From the NCBI GenBank assembly GCA_040901675.1, contig JBBDYJ010000026.1, forward strand, positions 32,001-96,000: a DNA stretch of 64,000 nt, written 5' to 3'. Positions 27,798-37,995 of this stretch are shown here, one piece after another; the first letter of the stretch is position 1, and each line of letters starts with the position of its first letter. A program made the translations under genes and the position numbers. The stretch is from Pirellulales bacterium. Its GTDB lineage: Bacteria; Planctomycetota; Planctomycetia; Pirellulales; JAICIG01. Below the pieces are notes generated by a model. That model saw only the letters and a program-made list of their open reading frames with translations. It had not been told where the DNA came from and made no database searches.

Positions 27798-29600
27798 ATG
27801 CCGCGACTTTGCCCTGATCAACGTGGCCCGACAAGGCTTGCCGTCTCCGCCGTCTTGGCGCTATGGATCGGCCCCTGGGCGATCGGCTGCGAAGGCAAGG
27901 CCGCCAGCAGCGTCGCCCCGGGTGGCCTGTCGCCCGGCCCCGTGGCCAGCGCCGGCCCCCGGGAGGGCTCGATTCGACTGGAGAACGTCACGGACCGCAC
28001 CGGCATCGAGTTCGTTTATCAGAATGGGCGGGAAGCGGGCATGCACGCCATCCTGGAGTCGCTGGGGGGCGGGGTGGGGCTGTTCGATTACGACAACGAC
28101 GGCTGGCTCGACCTGTTTTGCCTGGGGGGCGGCCGGTATACCGGGGACGGGCCGGTGGGGCTCCCCTCCGGCTTGTTCCGCAACCTGGGCGATTGGAAGT
28201 TCCGGGACGTGACTGCGGTCAGCGCGGCCGGCACCGCCGCGTATTACACGCATGGCTGCACGGCCGCCGACTACGACTCCGACGGCTTCGTCGACGTGCT
28301 GGTGACCGGCTACGGCGGCTTGCAGCTCTTGCACAACCAGGGCGACGGCACGTTTGTCGAAGAGAGCAGCCAGGCCGGTCTGGACGATCGGCTGTGGAGT
28401 TCGGCGGCCGCCTGGGGAGACTTGAACGGGGACGGCCATCTGGACCTGTACGTTGCGCATTACGTCGACTGGTCGATGGAGAACAACCCGGAGTGCCTGC
28501 TGGCGGATGGTCAGCGCGAGATCTGCCCACCGAAGAATTTCAACCCTTTGCCCGACGTAGTGTATTACAGCAACGGCAATGGAAGCTTCCGCGATGCCAC
28601 GTCGACGGCGGGTCTGCGGCCCGGCGGCAAGGGACTGGGCGTCGTGCTGGCCGACCTGGACCACGACGGCGACCTGGACATCTACGTGGCCAACGACACG
28701 GTCGAGAACTTCCTTTACATCAATGACGGTCAGGGCGTCTTCAAGGAAGAGGCGCTTCTGCGGGGCGTTGCTTGCGGCGAAGAAGGCAACTTCGATGCCA
28801 GCATGGGGGTCGACTTGTGCGACTTCAATGGCGACCTGCTCCCCGATCTGTTTGTGGCGAACTGGGAGGAAGAGGCATTCGCCGTATACCGCAACGAGCT
28901 GAGCCGGGATGAGCTCACCGGCAATGAGCTGGCGGGCCATTTTATCCACGCGAGCCGCGGCACCGGTGTCACGGCGCTGGGTGATTTGTTCGTGGGATTC
29001 GCCACGCTGGCGGTGGACATTGACAAGGACGGCGACGAAGACTTTGCCGTCTCCAACGGGCACGTGATGAACTATCCCGAGGCATCGCCGATCAAGCAAC
29101 TGCCGCTGATGTTGCTGAATCACAAGGGCAATCTGGGCGAGGACCGATTCTGGCGGCACTCGCTTTCGTCGGGCGATTACTTCGAGCTGGCGCACCGGGG
29201 CCGCGGTCTGGCCGCGAGCGACCTGGACGAAGACGGCGACATCGACCTGGTGTTCTCCCACGACGACGACGAACCGACCGCCCTGGTCCGCAACGACACC
29301 GCCCCGGACAACGATTGGCTGCGGGCGCGGTTGATCGGCCGCGCCTCCAATCGCGATGCCATTGGGGCCCGGCTGGTGCTCACGACCACCACCTCGTCCC
29401 AGTTGCGGCATGTCAAGGGAGGGTGCAGTTACCTTTCCCAGTCGGACCTACGGCCATTCTGGGGGCTGGGAAAAGGGGCAATCATCCAGAGCCTTTCGAT
29501 TGTTTGGCCGTCCGGGGTCGAGCAGAACTTGACTTCTATCGAACCCAACCAGACACTGACCATTGTGCAACCCGACCCGGCGGACGCATCCCCGAAATGA
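27798..29600 (+). CDS. CRTAC1-family FG-GAP/ASPIC-UnbV lipoprotein (tandem paralogue)
   Basis: Collinear paralogue of 25952-27772 including the MPRL start and lipobox WAIGC. Confidence 0.9.
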   Translation: MPRLCPDQRGPTRLAVSAVLALWIGPWAIGCEGKAASSVAPGGLSPGPVASAGPREGSIRLENVTDRTGIEFVYQNGREAGMHAILESLGGGVGLFDYDNDGWLDLFCLGGGRYTGDGPVGLPSGLFRNLGDWKFRDVTAVSAAGTAAYYTHGCTAADYDSDGFVDVLVTGYGGLQLLHNQGDGTFVEESSQAGLDDRLWSSAAAWGDLNGDGHLDLYVAHYVDWSMENNPECLLADGQREICPPKNFNPLPDVVYYSNGNGSFRDATSTAGLRPGGKGLGVVLADLDHDGDLDIYVANDTVENFLYINDGQGVFKEEALLRGVACGEEGNFDASMGVDLCDFNGDLLPDLFVANWEEEAFAVYRNELSRDELTGNELAGHFIHASRGTGVTALGDLFVGFATLAVDIDKDGDEDFAVSNGHVMNYPEASPIKQLPLMLLNHKGNLGEDRFWRHSLSSGDYFELAHRGRGLAASDLDEDGDIDLVFSHDDDEPTALVRNDTAPDNDWLRARLIGRASNRDAIGARLVLTTTTSSQLRHVKGGCSYLSQSDLRPFWGLGKGAIIQSLSIVWPSGVEQNLTSIEPNQTLTIVQPDPADASPK

Positions 29601-30913
29601 ACGAGACCTCCTCCACCTCTGCCCCGCTGATGGCCCCGGCCGCTGGCGGCCCAAACCCAGCGCCCTTGTTGGAACCGTCCGTGGACCGGCACGAGCCCGG
29701 CTGGCGCCACCCGGCCGGCCGCCCGCGCCGCAGGCCAAGCCGCCGACTGCTCGCCCTGCTGGCTGCCGTGCTGGTATCGACCGGCGGCGGCAGTTGGCTC
29801 TTCTATCGTCACAACCAGCCGGATGCCCGTTTTCGGCGCGGCTTGGAGGCGATTAAGGCCCGCGACTTCGAGCGGGTCAAGTACTGCCTGGTCGGTCTGC
29901 CCGAGGCTCCACGGTACGAACCCCACGTGGCACTGCTCAACGGCAGCTTGCTGCTGGAGCGCAAGCAATTCAAAGAGGCGCTGCGCGAACTGCACTTCTC
30001 GCTTGACCACGATCAAACGAGACCGACCGCGTTGACCTTGGCCGGAATGGCGCTGCACCAACTCGGATACTTCCAGCTGGCCGAACGCAACTTGCAGTTC
30101 GCGCTCCAGCAGGATCCCGAGCAGGTCGACGCCCACCGTTGGTTGGCAGCCGCCTATTATGACGTCGGCGTCATGGACCGCGCTATGGTCCATCTCGAAA
30201 AAGTCGCCGAGATGGATTTGTCCGACCCGCGGCCCCACCGGATCATGGGATTGATCCGCATGGATAAGAACAGCGACGCCCAGGCCGTCGAAGACTACCA
30301 GGAATCGCTTCGCCGCGACCCCAAACAGCCCGACGCGCAGCAAATCCGGTTGGAGCTGGCCGAAACGCAGATGGACCTGCTGCAGTACCCGCAGGCGCTA
30401 AAGACGCTGGCGGACTCTGAACAAACAGCCGACGTGCTGGGACTCGCCGCCGAGTGTCATTACAACGAAGGCCGCAAGCGACAGGCCATCGAGATCGCCG
30501 AACGGGCCTTGGAGTTGGTACCCCATCATCGCCCGGCGCTGCTGTTCAAGGCACGGCTGGCTGCCGACAGCGGCGACCAAAAGCGCCAGCGGCAGATCCT
30601 GGAACAACTGGTGAAGCATTACCCGAACAGCTTCGATTCGCACTACAACCTCGCCTTGGCCTATCAGCGCATGGGCCTGGTCGACAAGGCCGACGAGCAA
30701 ATGAAAGAGGTCCAGCGTTTGCAGGACCTTCGGCGCGAAAACGACGAACTACTGCAACAGGCCGAGGTCGAACTCTACAATGCCGATATCCGTTACCGCC
30801 TGGGCGTTATTTCCGATCAGCTCGACATGAAAAAACTGGCCAAAACCTGGTACAGGGCCGCGTTGGCCCTCGACCCAGGCCACTTCAAAGCCCGCGTGGC
30901 GCTGAACAACTGA
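29597..30913 (+). CDS. Membrane-anchored TPR protein
   Basis: ATGA overlap, TM segment, TPR repeats. Confidence 0.85.
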   Translation: MNETSSTSAPLMAPAAGGPNPAPLLEPSVDRHEPGWRHPAGRPRRRPSRRLLALLAAVLVSTGGGSWLFYRHNQPDARFRRGLEAIKARDFERVKYCLVGLPEAPRYEPHVALLNGSLLLERKQFKEALRELHFSLDHDQTRPTALTLAGMALHQLGYFQLAERNLQFALQQDPEQVDAHRWLAAAYYDVGVMDRAMVHLEKVAEMDLSDPRPHRIMGLIRMDKNSDAQAVEDYQESLRRDPKQPDAQQIRLELAETQMDLLQYPQALKTLADSEQTADVLGLAAECHYNEGRKRQAIEIAERALELVPHHRPALLFKARLAADSGDQKRQRQILEQLVKHYPNSFDSHYNLALAYQRMGLVDKADEQMKEVQRLQDLRRENDELLQQAEVELYNADIRYRLGVISDQLDMKKLAKTWYRAALALDPGHFKARVALNN

Positions 30914-30939
30914 GAACGACCGAAAGGAATTCACTCCGT

Positions 30940-31758
30940 ATGGCTCAGCCCAACGACCGCTCACCTGCTCACGCTCCTGCCGGCACGGCTTCCCCCGGAA
31001 CTCACACTGCCGCTGCACCGCCGCAAGCCCAAGCTGGCCCGGTTCAACCGGCCGGCATCGCTGCCCGCCTCTGGCATCTGATGGTAGCCGCCGCCCTTGC
31101 CGGCGTGCTGGTCTGGCTGCTCGTCCAGCAGTTTACGCCGGTTTTCGGCCCAACCAGCGAAGGCGGCCCGGCCACGACTGAAATGCCCCCCACCGCGCAA
31201 CTCAGCGCCTCGCATGGCATTAAATACGGCAATACGGCCGTTGTTTACGGCTTGTTTGGCGGCATTGTGGCGGCCTTTTTCGCCGTTGCCGAGGGAGCGG
31301 CGCGCCGATCGGCCGGCTATGCCGTGGTCGGGGTGCTGCTCGGCCTGCTCAGCGGGGCGGTTTTCGGCGCGCTGGGTGCTGGGGCGGGACGGTTCATCGA
31401 GACCACGGAGCCGTCTGTAGAGCGGATGGTCAAGACGATGATGATGCACGCCGCCGGTTGGTCGATTACAGGCTTGGGAGTGGGACTTGGCTTCACCATC
31501 GCCTCCTGGCGCGGAAAAACCATCGGCCTCGCCGTGCTGGGGGGTGTTGTGGCGGGCGGCGTGTCGGGACTGCTGTTTCCCATTCTGGCCGGGCTGCTGT
31601 TTACGGGCTCCAACACCGACCAGATCGTACCGGCCGGCTCCGGCGCCCGTTTGTTCTGGTTTGTCTTGACAGCCTCGCTGATGGCAATCGTGGTGGGCGG
31701 CCTGCGCGGCACTCGCCCGCGTCGTGCCCGCCAACCCGCGCCGGCGACCTCCGCCTGA
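30940..31758 (+). CDS. Gly/Ala-rich polytopic membrane protein
   Basis: About 6 hydrophobic segments; purine-rich stretch upstream of ATG 30940. Confidence 0.75.
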   Translation: MAQPNDRSPAHAPAGTASPGTHTAAAPPQAQAGPVQPAGIAARLWHLMVAAALAGVLVWLLVQQFTPVFGPTSEGGPATTEMPPTAQLSASHGIKYGNTAVVYGLFGGIVAAFFAVAEGAARRSAGYAVVGVLLGLLSGAVFGALGAGAGRFIETTEPSVERMVKTMMMHAAGWSITGLGVGLGFTIASWRGKTIGLAVLGGVVAGGVSGLLFPILAGLLFTGSNTDQIVPAGSGARLFWFVLTASLMAIVVGGLRGTRPRRARQPAPATSA

Positions 31759-31822
31759 AACGCCGCCTCTCAAGAGCGAAAAACGCCAGCGGGCCGGAAC
31801 CGCTCAGCGGGGGAGCCGAACT

Positions 31823-34800
31823 ATGCGGATTGTCCTGTTCGCTTTTGCCATGGGGATCTGCCTGCCGGCGCCGGCCCGCGCCGACGAGTTCTTCCGCGAC
31901 CAGGTGGCGCCGATCCTTGAGCGGCGCTGCCTGGCCTGCCATGGCGCTGAGGAACCCAAGGGAGGCCTGTCGCTCGCCGATGGCCGCCGGGCGCTGGCCG
32001 GGGGCGATAGCGGCCAGGTGATCGCGGCGGGCGATGCCCAGGGCAGTCTTCTGCTCGATTACGTCTCCGGCGATTCACCACTGATGCCCAAGGAGGGCCC
32101 GCCGCTGGACGGGCGGCAGGTGGCGGCCATCCGCGAGTGGATTGGCCAGGGGGCGCCCTGGCCGGCCGACCTGAAACTCGTCGACAAACGCTTCGAGGGG
32201 CAAAGCTGGTGGTCGCTCGAGCCGCTAAAGCGTCCCCAGACACCGGTGGTCGCAGCCCCGGCTGGTTGGCCGATTCGCACGCCGCTGGATGCCTTCGTGC
32301 TGGCCGAATTGAATCGCCGGCGACTCGCGCCTTCACCGCAGGCCGGCCGGCGGACGATCATTCGCCGTCTGACCTACAACCTGCACGGCTTGCCCCCCAC
32401 TCCCCAGGAAATCGAGGCCTTCGAATCGGACCGTGCCCCGGATGCCTACGAGCGACTCGTCGATCGGCTGTTGGCTTCGCCCCGTTACGGCGAACGTTGG
32501 GCCCGGCATTGGCTGGACCTGGTTCACTTCGGCGAAACGCACGGGTACGACAAGGATAAGACCCGCGAGAACGCCTGGCCCTATCGGGATTACGTCGTGC
32601 AGTCGCTCAACGAGGACAAGCCCTACAGCTTGTTCGTCCGCGAGCAACTGGCCGGCGACGTGCTGTACCCGCACGACCCCGATGCCGTGGTGGCCACGGG
32701 CTTGATTGCCGCGGGGCCCTGGGACTTCGTGGGACACGTCGAGCTGCGTGAAGGGACAACCGACAAGGACATCGCCCGATCGAACGACCGCGACGACATG
32801 TTGATGACCACGGTTTCGACTTTTTTGAGCGTGACCGCCCATTGCGCGCGGTGCCACGACCACAAGTTCGATCCGATTCTGCAAGCGGACTACTACCGGC
32901 TGCAGGCGGTTTTCGCCGGCGTGGACCGGGCCGATCGGCCATACCACCGCGACCCCGAGCTGCAGCGACGGCGCGCCGCGCTCGGCTCACAGCGGCAACT
33001 GCTCGCCGCGCGCCAGCAGGCGCTGGACGAAAAACTGGCGACGTTCGAGAACTCCGACCTTGCGAGGCTCGACGCCGTTCTGGCCGATCTCGAGGCGCGG
33101 CGGGCCGCCCTGCCCGCCGGTGCAGCCGGCGACGACAGCCCCACGAACGGCTACCACAGCGCCATCATGGCCCGCCCCGACGAGCCCAAGTGGGTCCAGG
33201 TGGACCTGGGCGAGCCCAAGCCGATCGGCGAGATCCACCTGGTGCCCGCCCGGCCCACGGATTTTCCGGATACGCCTGGCTTCGGTTTTCCGGTGCGCTT
33301 CGCGATCGAACTGTCCAGCGACGCGGAATTCTCCGACCCACAAATCCTGGCCGATCATACCGGCGAGGACTTTGCCAACCCGGGCGCCGAGTCCTACGTG
33401 GCGCCGGCCGGCGGGGCGGTGGCGCGCTATGTCCGGATCCGCGCCACGCGGCTCTGGCCGCGCACCAACGACTATGTGTTCGCGCTGGCCGAGTTGCGAG
33501 TGATCTCGGCCCAGGACGGCGACTCGCAGCCCAACCTGGCGTTGGGAGCTGGCGTGACGGCCCTGGATTCCATTGAGGCGGGCCGCTGGAGCACTGCCCA
33601 CCTTGTCGACGGTTTCGATAGCCGCAAACGCTTTGAAAGGCGCGCGGAAGATCTCGCGGCCGACGGGCATCGCGAAGGGGTCGAAGCGCGCATTGAGCAG
33701 GTCTCGCGCGAGCGTCAGCAGCGCCTCATGACGCTCTTGGACGATGCCACCCGGAGCGAGCTCGACGAGGTCCGGCACGAGACGGCGGAAGTCGAAGATC
33801 AACTGGCATCGTTGCCGCCGCCCGACCTGGTCTATGCCGCCGCCAGCGATTTCAGGCCACAATCCAACTTCACGCCCGCGGACGGCTGCCGTCCGATTCA
33901 TCTTCTTCAGCGTGGCAACGTCGCCAGCCGCGGCGATTTGATGGCGCCCGGCGCCTTGTCGTGCCTGCCCTGGCTGGAACACCATTTCCAATTGGAGCGT
34001 CCCGAAGACGAAGCAAGCCGCCGCGTCGCCCTGGCGCGCTGGATTACCGACCCGGCCAACCCGCTGACGCGGCGATCGATCGTTAACCGGGTCTGGCAGT
34101 ACCATTTCGGCCGCGGCCTGGTCGATACTCCCAACGATTTCGGCCGCATGGGGTCGCAACCGACGCACCCGGCGCTCCTCGATTGGCTGGCCACGGAGTT
34201 TCTGGCCGGTGGTGAATCGCTCAAGCGGCTGCACCGGCTGATCCTCACCAGTTCCGTGTACCGCCAGTCGTCGGCCGCGCGGGCCGATGGCCAGCGGATC
34301 GACGCCGGCAATCGATATCTCTGGCGGATGAACCGGGCGCGGCTCGACGCCGAAAGCGTCCGCGATGCCGCGCTGTTTGTCGCGGGCAAGCTGGACCAGG
34401 CCATGGGCGGCCCCTCGGCGCGGCAGTTCGTCTTCAAGGACGATCATTCTCCCGTCTATGACTACGAGCGGTTCGACGTCGAGCAACCCGGCAGCTTCCG
34501 CCGCGGCGTGTATCGCTTCATCGTCCGTAGCGTCCCCGATCCCTTTATGGACTGCCTCGACTCGGCCGATCCCTCGATCCTCACGCCGCAGCGCAATACC
34601 ACGCTCACCGCCCTGCAGGCGCTGGCCATGCTCAACAATCCGTTTATGCTCTCCCAGTCGCGGCATTTCGCGCGGCGTCTGGAAGGCGTATCGGCGGATC
34701 CCGCCGAACAGGTCCGGCAGGGGTGGCTGCTGGCCCTGGGGCGGCCTCCACGGAGCGAAGAATCCGAAGCGCTGATGGCCTACGCGAAGCGGCACGGCCT

Positions 34801-34855
34801 GGCGAATGCATGCCGGCTGATTTTCAACAGCAACGAGTTTTTGTTCGTCGATTAG
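31823..34855 (+). CDS. Planctomycete cytochrome C + DUF1549 + discoidin-like + DUF1553 protein
   Basis: CLACH, YGERWARHWLD, CARCHDHKFDP, WVQVDLG, VNRVWQYHFGRG, NSNEFLFVD. Confidence 0.95.
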   Translation: MRIVLFAFAMGICLPAPARADEFFRDQVAPILERRCLACHGAEEPKGGLSLADGRRALAGGDSGQVIAAGDAQGSLLLDYVSGDSPLMPKEGPPLDGRQVAAIREWIGQGAPWPADLKLVDKRFEGQSWWSLEPLKRPQTPVVAAPAGWPIRTPLDAFVLAELNRRRLAPSPQAGRRTIIRRLTYNLHGLPPTPQEIEAFESDRAPDAYERLVDRLLASPRYGERWARHWLDLVHFGETHGYDKDKTRENAWPYRDYVVQSLNEDKPYSLFVREQLAGDVLYPHDPDAVVATGLIAAGPWDFVGHVELREGTTDKDIARSNDRDDMLMTTVSTFLSVTAHCARCHDHKFDPILQADYYRLQAVFAGVDRADRPYHRDPELQRRRAALGSQRQLLAARQQALDEKLATFENSDLARLDAVLADLEARRAALPAGAAGDDSPTNGYHSAIMARPDEPKWVQVDLGEPKPIGEIHLVPARPTDFPDTPGFGFPVRFAIELSSDAEFSDPQILADHTGEDFANPGAESYVAPAGGAVARYVRIRATRLWPRTNDYVFALAELRVISAQDGDSQPNLALGAGVTALDSIEAGRWSTAHLVDGFDSRKRFERRAEDLAADGHREGVEARIEQVSRERQQRLMTLLDDATRSELDEVRHETAEVEDQLASLPPPDLVYAAASDFRPQSNFTPADGCRPIHLLQRGNVASRGDLMAPGALSCLPWLEHHFQLERPEDEASRRVALARWITDPANPLTRRSIVNRVWQYHFGRGLVDTPNDFGRMGSQPTHPALLDWLATEFLAGGESLKRLHRLILTSSVYRQSSAARADGQRIDAGNRYLWRMNRARLDAESVRDAALFVAGKLDQAMGGPSARQFVFKDDHSPVYDYERFDVEQPGSFRRGVYRFIVRSVPDPFMDCLDSADPSILTPQRNTTLTALQALAMLNNPFMLSQSRHFARRLEGVSADPAEQVRQGWLLALGRPPRSEESEALMAYAKRHGLANACRLIFNSNEFLFVD

Positions 34856-34887
34856 TGCCTCAACCTGGTCCCAAGGATACCGCCAGC

Positions 34888-36324
34888 ATGTTCTCAACGG
34901 CCGCCTGGAATCGGCGCGAACTGCTGCTGAATATGGGATGCGGGCTGGGCGGCATTGCCTTGTCTCATCTGCTGGGGCAGGCCGGTCTGCTGGCAGAATC
35001 CTCCGATGCCGCGCGGGAGCTGGGCGGCGGCCTTCATCACCGGGCAAGAATCCGCCGCGTGGTGCAGTTGTTCATGTCCGGGGCCGCCAGCCAATGCGAC
35101 CTGTTCGACTATAAACCGGAGCTGATCAAGCGGCACGGCCAGCCTTTCGATCCGGGCGAGAACGTCGAATTGTTCCAGAGCACACCCGGCGCCTGCATGA
35201 AGAGCCCTTGGAACTGGCGGCAGTACGGGCAGTGCGGCAAGTGGATGAGCGACCTGGTGCCTCACCTGGCAAGCTGCGTCGACGACATGGTCTTTATCCA
35301 CTCCATGGTCTCCAAGTCGAACGTGCACGGGCCGGCCACATTCATGCAGAACAGCGGCTTCGTCCTGCCGGGATTCCCCAGCATGGGCGCGTGGATTTCG
35401 TACGGCCTGGGCACACTCAACGAGAACCTGCCCACGTTCGTGGTGCTACCCGACTCCCGCGGGTTCGCGCCCAATGGGCCCGGCAACTGGTCGGCGGGCT
35501 TTTTGCCGGCCAGCCACCAGGGGACGTTGATCCGCCCGTCGGCCGAGGCGCCCATCCACGACTTGTTTCCACGCACGGCCGACTTCGTTACCCTCCAGAG
35601 CGAATCCGAAGGACTCAGTCTGCTTGAACGGCTGAATCGCGGGCACCTTGAAGGGCGCGAGGGCGACTCCCGGCTCGAGGCCAGGATCGCCTCCTACGAA
35701 TTGGCCGCCAGGCTGCAGCTCAGCGCCCCCGAGGCGCTCGACGTCGCCAGCGAGCCCGAGTGGATCCACCGGCTGTACGGGCTGGACCAGCCGGTGACTG
35801 CCGACTTTGGCCGCAACTGCCTGATCGCCCGCCGCCTGCTGGAGCGCGGCGTGCGCTTCGTGCAGGTCTACAGCGGGGCCGACAACGGATTCCCACGCCG
35901 CAATTGGGACAGCCACGAAGACATCCAACGCGACCACGGCGACATGGCCGCCAGCATGGACCGGCCCGCGGCCGCCCTGTTGAAAGACTTGAAAGCCACC
36001 GGTCTGCTCGACGACACGCTGCTCATCTGGACCACGGAATTCGGCCGCATGCCCTGCAGCCAGGGGGCCCTGGGGCGCGATCACAACCCGTTCACTTTTA
36101 CCACCTGGCTGGCTGGCGGCGGGCTGAAGCCCGGCACCACGTACGGCCAGAGCGATGAGTGGTCGTACAAGGCAGCCGTGAACCCCACGTACTGCTACGA
36201 CCTACACGCCACCGTGCTCGCGCTGCTGGGCATCGACCACGAGCGGCTCGTCTTCCGCCACAACGGCATCGATCGCCGGCTGACCGACGTCCACGGCCAC
36301 GTCATCCATGATATCCTGGCTTAA
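34888..36324 (+). CDS. DUF1501 domain protein
   Basis: Twin-Arg-like NRRELL leader, DLFDYKP, ARRLLERGVRFVQ, WDSH, TEFGR, GRDHN. Confidence 0.95.
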   Translation: MFSTAAWNRRELLLNMGCGLGGIALSHLLGQAGLLAESSDAARELGGGLHHRARIRRVVQLFMSGAASQCDLFDYKPELIKRHGQPFDPGENVELFQSTPGACMKSPWNWRQYGQCGKWMSDLVPHLASCVDDMVFIHSMVSKSNVHGPATFMQNSGFVLPGFPSMGAWISYGLGTLNENLPTFVVLPDSRGFAPNGPGNWSAGFLPASHQGTLIRPSAEAPIHDLFPRTADFVTLQSESEGLSLLERLNRGHLEGREGDSRLEARIASYELAARLQLSAPEALDVASEPEWIHRLYGLDQPVTADFGRNCLIARRLLERGVRFVQVYSGADNGFPRRNWDSHEDIQRDHGDMAASMDRPAAALLKDLKATGLLDDTLLIWTTEFGRMPCSQGALGRDHNPFTFTTWLAGGGLKPGTTYGQSDEWSYKAAVNPTYCYDLHATVLALLGIDHERLVFRHNGIDRRLTDVHGHVIHDILA

Positions 36325-36423
36325 CGTGCCAACGACGCTCCGATGGATTTAGTTCAGAGCTACATCAGCGGTTGGCCCTGGTGATGTTTCGAACCTCTGG
36401 GCACACGGTAAGCGCAGGCTGCA

Positions 36424-36723
36424 TCATCCGCCGTGCTCTTGGACCAGGCTCGCCCCGGCGCTGGCCACCCGCCGTTGCATCCGCCGATAGCGCCCCATGC
36501 CCACCACCAGTATCAGCCCAGCCAGCAGAATGGTCAGTACCCCGGCCAGGCGCACCAGCGGCGCATCCCAGAAGTGCAAGGCCGTTACGCCCATGATTAC
36601 CAGCGCCAAGGCCGTTCGGACGTACGACAGCAGCGTCCTCTCGTTAGCCAGGACCGTGCGGTCGACCGCCAGGCGGTCGCGCAACAGCGTGTCTTGAGCG
36701 TAAGGCGGGGTCGTGTCTACCAT
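36424..36723 (-). CDS. DUF202 (YidH-like) membrane protein
   Basis: LRDRLAVDRTVLANERTLLSYVRT motif plus 2 TMs. Confidence 0.9.
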   Translation of the reverse strand: MVDTTPPYAQDTLLRDRLAVDRTVLANERTLLSYVRTALALVIMGVTALHFWDAPLVRLAGVLTILLAGLILVVGMGRYRRMQRRVASAGASLVQEHGG

Positions 36724-36802
36724 TGCGTCGCCTTTCGCCTGTACAACGGGCGTGCCGGCATGGCGCCAAGGCGGTATCGGCGCCCGCTCGACTTGCCTCG
36801 GA

Positions 36803-36835
36803 TTCTTATGCGGTCCTCACACGATCCTAACACTT
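36803..36835 (+). promoter_or_regulatory. Pho-box-like 11-bp-period direct repeat
   Basis: ttcttatgcgg / tcctcacacga / tcctaacactt, 65 bp upstream of pstS. Confidence 0.5.
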
Positions 36836-36900
36836 CAGCGGTACCTTGCGGAGTGGTGGGAAAGCATACCAAACCACAATCAAGGAATATGGAGGGCCAT

Positions 36901-37980
36901 ATGACCAAGGTCAAGGTGTTCGCCGCCGTGCTGGCCGTGATCATTTGCGGCAGTCTCGTGGTGGTCCAGGCGCTTGAAACGCAAGCGACGAAGGGTTCGA
37001 CCAGCAAGAAAGCAGTCGCCGACAAGGCAAGCGTGGCCGGTCGCGCCTCCGTCGCTCAGAGCGCCCCCCAAGGCAAGGTGGACAGCAAGCTGCCCAGGTA
37101 CAGCCTCGGCGACGGTGTGTCGGGCACGATCAAGAGCGAAGGCTCCGATACCATGGTCAAACTGATGCAGTACTGGACCGAGAGCTTTCAGCGCTACTAT
37201 CCAAATGTGCAAGTGGAAGTCCAGGGCAAAGGCTCCGCCACGGCCCCAACCGCCTTGATCGCGGGCACCTCGAACTTCGGCCCCATGAGCCGTGAGATGA
37301 AGAGCAAGGAAATCGACGAGTTCGAGGCGCGCTTCGGCTACAAGCCGACCGGCCTCAAGACCGGCATCGACATGCTGGCGGTTTACGTGCACAAGGACAA
37401 TCCCATCAAAGGGCTCACGTTGCCGCAGGTCGATGCCATCTTCTCCAAGAACCGGAAGGGCGGCTACGAAAAGGACATCCGCACCTGGGGCGATTTGGGC
37501 CTCAAAGGCCAGTGGGCCAACAAGCCGATCAGCCTCTATGGCCGCAACTCGGCCTCCGGCACGTACGGCTATTTCAAAGAGAACGCCCTGTTCGACGGCG
37601 ACTTCAAGGACTCCGTCCAGGAGCGTCCCGGCAGCTCGGCGGTAGTGCAGGGGGTGGCCCGCAACAAGTTCGCGATCGGCTACAGTGGTATCGGTTACAA
37701 AACAGCCGACGTCCGCGCCGTTCCTGTGGCCAGAGAGGAGGGTGAAGACTTCTGGCGGGCCGAGGCGGACTACGTCAGCGAGTATCCGCTGAGCCGCTTC
37801 CTGCTGATCTACATCAACTATGAACCGCGGAGCGACCTGGATCCGCTCCGCCGCGAGTTCATCAAGTACATCTTCAGCCGCGAAGGCCAAGAGGACGTTG
37901 TCAAGGACGACTACTTGCCGGTGGGCGCTAAGATGGCCTTCGATGCCCTGTCGTCCGTCGGGATCACCGTCTCTCAGTAG
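36901..37980 (+). CDS. pstS: Phosphate ABC transporter substrate-binding protein
   Basis: GSDTM, GKGSATA, GPMSR, YGRNSASGTYGYF; RBS ggagg; operon context. Confidence 0.95.
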   Translation: MTKVKVFAAVLAVIICGSLVVVQALETQATKGSTSKKAVADKASVAGRASVAQSAPQGKVDSKLPRYSLGDGVSGTIKSEGSDTMVKLMQYWTESFQRYYPNVQVEVQGKGSATAPTALIAGTSNFGPMSREMKSKEIDEFEARFGYKPTGLKTGIDMLAVYVHKDNPIKGLTLPQVDAIFSKNRKGGYEKDIRTWGDLGLKGQWANKPISLYGRNSASGTYGYFKENALFDGDFKDSVQERPGSSAVVQGVARNKFAIGYSGIGYKTADVRAVPVAREEGEDFWRAEADYVSEYPLSRFLLIYINYEPRSDLDPLRREFIKYIFSREGQEDVVKDDYLPVGAKMAFDALSSVGITVSQ

Positions 37981-37995
37981 GTCTTCATTGCCCGG

